DNA of 63,557 nt, counting the filler, from Reclinomonas americana ATCC 50394 (taxonomy: Eukaryota): assembly GCA_048213135.1 (NCBI GenBank). It is 5 parts of 2 records of this genome, joined end to end, with 100 filler letters (N's around TTAATTAATTAA, not from the genome) between each part and the next. Parts side by side here need not be neighbours in the genome. Positions count along the whole stretch, not along the records: positions 54,942 to 63,557 come from PS015101.1; 4 more parts are not named here. One strand, given 5' to 3'. Positions 62,307-63,557 of the stretch are shown one piece after another; the first letter of the stretch is position 1; each line of letters begins with the position of its first letter. The translations under genes were made by a program, and so were the position numbers. The notes beneath the pieces are model-generated. The model did no database searches and was not told where the DNA came from. It saw only the letters and a list, made by a program, of their open reading frames with translations.

Positions 62307-63158
62307 ATGCCGCGCGCGAACCGTGACCCTGAAGAGATCATCGCCGCAGAGGGGCTGGCGCAACTGCTCCTCGACGGCAAGCAGTCTGCAGACAGCATTC
62401 TTGAGAGCGCCAGCCTGTTGCGAGTGTGGTACTACCGGTGGAGCTGCGTCAAGGCAGTGGTGAGGAGCAACCCCGAGTTCAGCAGGCTGTTGCAGGACGG
62501 CGAGTATCGTCGCCTGGTCGAGCACTTCAAGCAAGAAGGATCCATGGCACTGATTCCCCTGCCACCAAGACCCGCAGCTGCTGCTGCACCAGAGGTCGTG
62601 GATCTTCCGCCTCCACTTCCACCTCGTGCTCAGGGGTGCGGCGTTGATCGACTCGTGAACCGAGGCCTCGCCAGTGGCGACTTGATGGGCGCCATCGCAC
62701 GAACTGCGAACGCACTCGGCCGTGGTCGATGGACAGTAGATGAACTTGTCGCCTCCGCGAGGGATCACTTCAACGTACCGCTCTCGAGCAGGGCGTCCGC
62801 TGCGCTCGGCGGTGTGAGGGGCCCCACCGCCGATCAACTGCTGGAGGCTGCAGGAGTGCCCACTCGCACTGCATCGCAGTCGACGTCAACAAGTGCGTCT
62901 GCAGCTGCAGGCGAGCCCATTCTCTCCCACCCGAGGCTGCCGTGGCTCCGTGCACCTGCACCTGCACCTGCACCTGCACCGGTACCTGCATCTGCGGGCT
63001 CGGCCAGCGCTCGGCAGCCCGCAAGCGCATCGATATCTCGTGCACGTGCACCTGCACCATCAGGCTCAAGATCAGCACCCACTGTGCGACGAAGTGGTGC
63101 TGCTGGATCGTCGACCAAGCCATGGTTGACCGATACACAGAGGCACACTGGACGTTGA
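62307..63158 (+). CDS. Hypothetical protein with helical N-terminus and Pro/Ala-rich tail; may splice to an exon ending at 63402
   Basis: Open frame of about 280 aa with coding-like composition; no recognised motif. Confidence 0.5.
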   Translation: MPRANRDPEEIIAAEGLAQLLLDGKQSADSILESASLLRVWYYRWSCVKAVVRSNPEFSRLLQDGEYRRLVEHFKQEGSMALIPLPPRPAAAAAPEVVDLPPPLPPRAQGCGVDRLVNRGLASGDLMGAIARTANALGRGRWTVDELVASARDHFNVPLSSRASAALGGVRGPTADQLLEAAGVPTRTASQSTSTSASAAAGEPILSHPRLPWLRAPAPAPAPAPVPASAGSASARQPASASISRARAPAPSGSRSAPTVRRSGAAGSSTKPWLTDTQRHTGR

Positions 63159-63436
63159 CTGTGCCCTCCTCCAACCCTGTTTGCTGAGACTTCGCAATGG
63201 AATGAAGTTCTATCCCACTGTCCTTCCGTCAGTCATTGTGTGCATGGGAAAGCGCAGGCGAAGTGGTGCTGGTGAGAGGGAAGATGATGACGAGCAAGGA
63301 AGTAGCAGTCGCAAGCGCAGACACACTGAGCGAGCGGTGGAGGAGCTGACTGAGGCCGATGTGATGTTGATGGTGTTCAAGGAGGCTGTGCAACCTGAGT
63401 GAGTCCTCTCTCTGTGCCTCTTGCTCTCTCTGTGCC

Positions 63437-63499
63437 TCTTCTTCTTCTTCTTCTTCTTCTTCTTCTTCTTCTTCTTCTTCTTCTTCTTCTTCTTCTTCT

Positions 63500-63557
<58 letters not shown>
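63437..63557. repeat. (CTT)n/(CT)n microsatellite
   Basis: Directly visible; similar GA/CA tracts border most gaps. Confidence 0.95.

Overview
Gene-dense, intron-rich eukaryotic DNA, probably from a protist (it has a sterol C24-methyltransferase and mostly 60-100 nt introns). It is a gapped draft assembly: five scaffolds joined by artificial N-TTAATTAATTAA-N spacers, with several small contigs apparently misoriented. Genes recognised by manual splicing: an RNF213-like E3 (RING + RZ finger), two paralogous TPR-coiled coil-IRAK/Pelle-like kinase-RING genes each tail-to-tail with a Cys-rich secreted repeat protein, a TPR protein in two near-identical copies, an actin-related protein, MED16, NDUFS6, cystathionine beta-synthase, a SPRY protein, a Shg1/BOD1-RAMA fusion, RPS23, sterol methyltransferase, an ependymin-related protein, a fascin-PPPDE protein, a class 3 lipase, an MPPED-like phosphoesterase and SNAPC4, plus a TIR transposon. 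Most striking: (1) an unusual splicing system with a recurrent GTTRCG donor and frame-required microexons of 1+1, 4+4, 5 and 10 nt; (2) a candidate intracellular immune-receptor family with divergent TPR binding faces next to RNF213; (3) a COMPASS-subunit domain fused to a predicted modified-DNA (6mA) reader. All gene models and family calls were made by eye from motifs and remembered family consensus; no searches were run.
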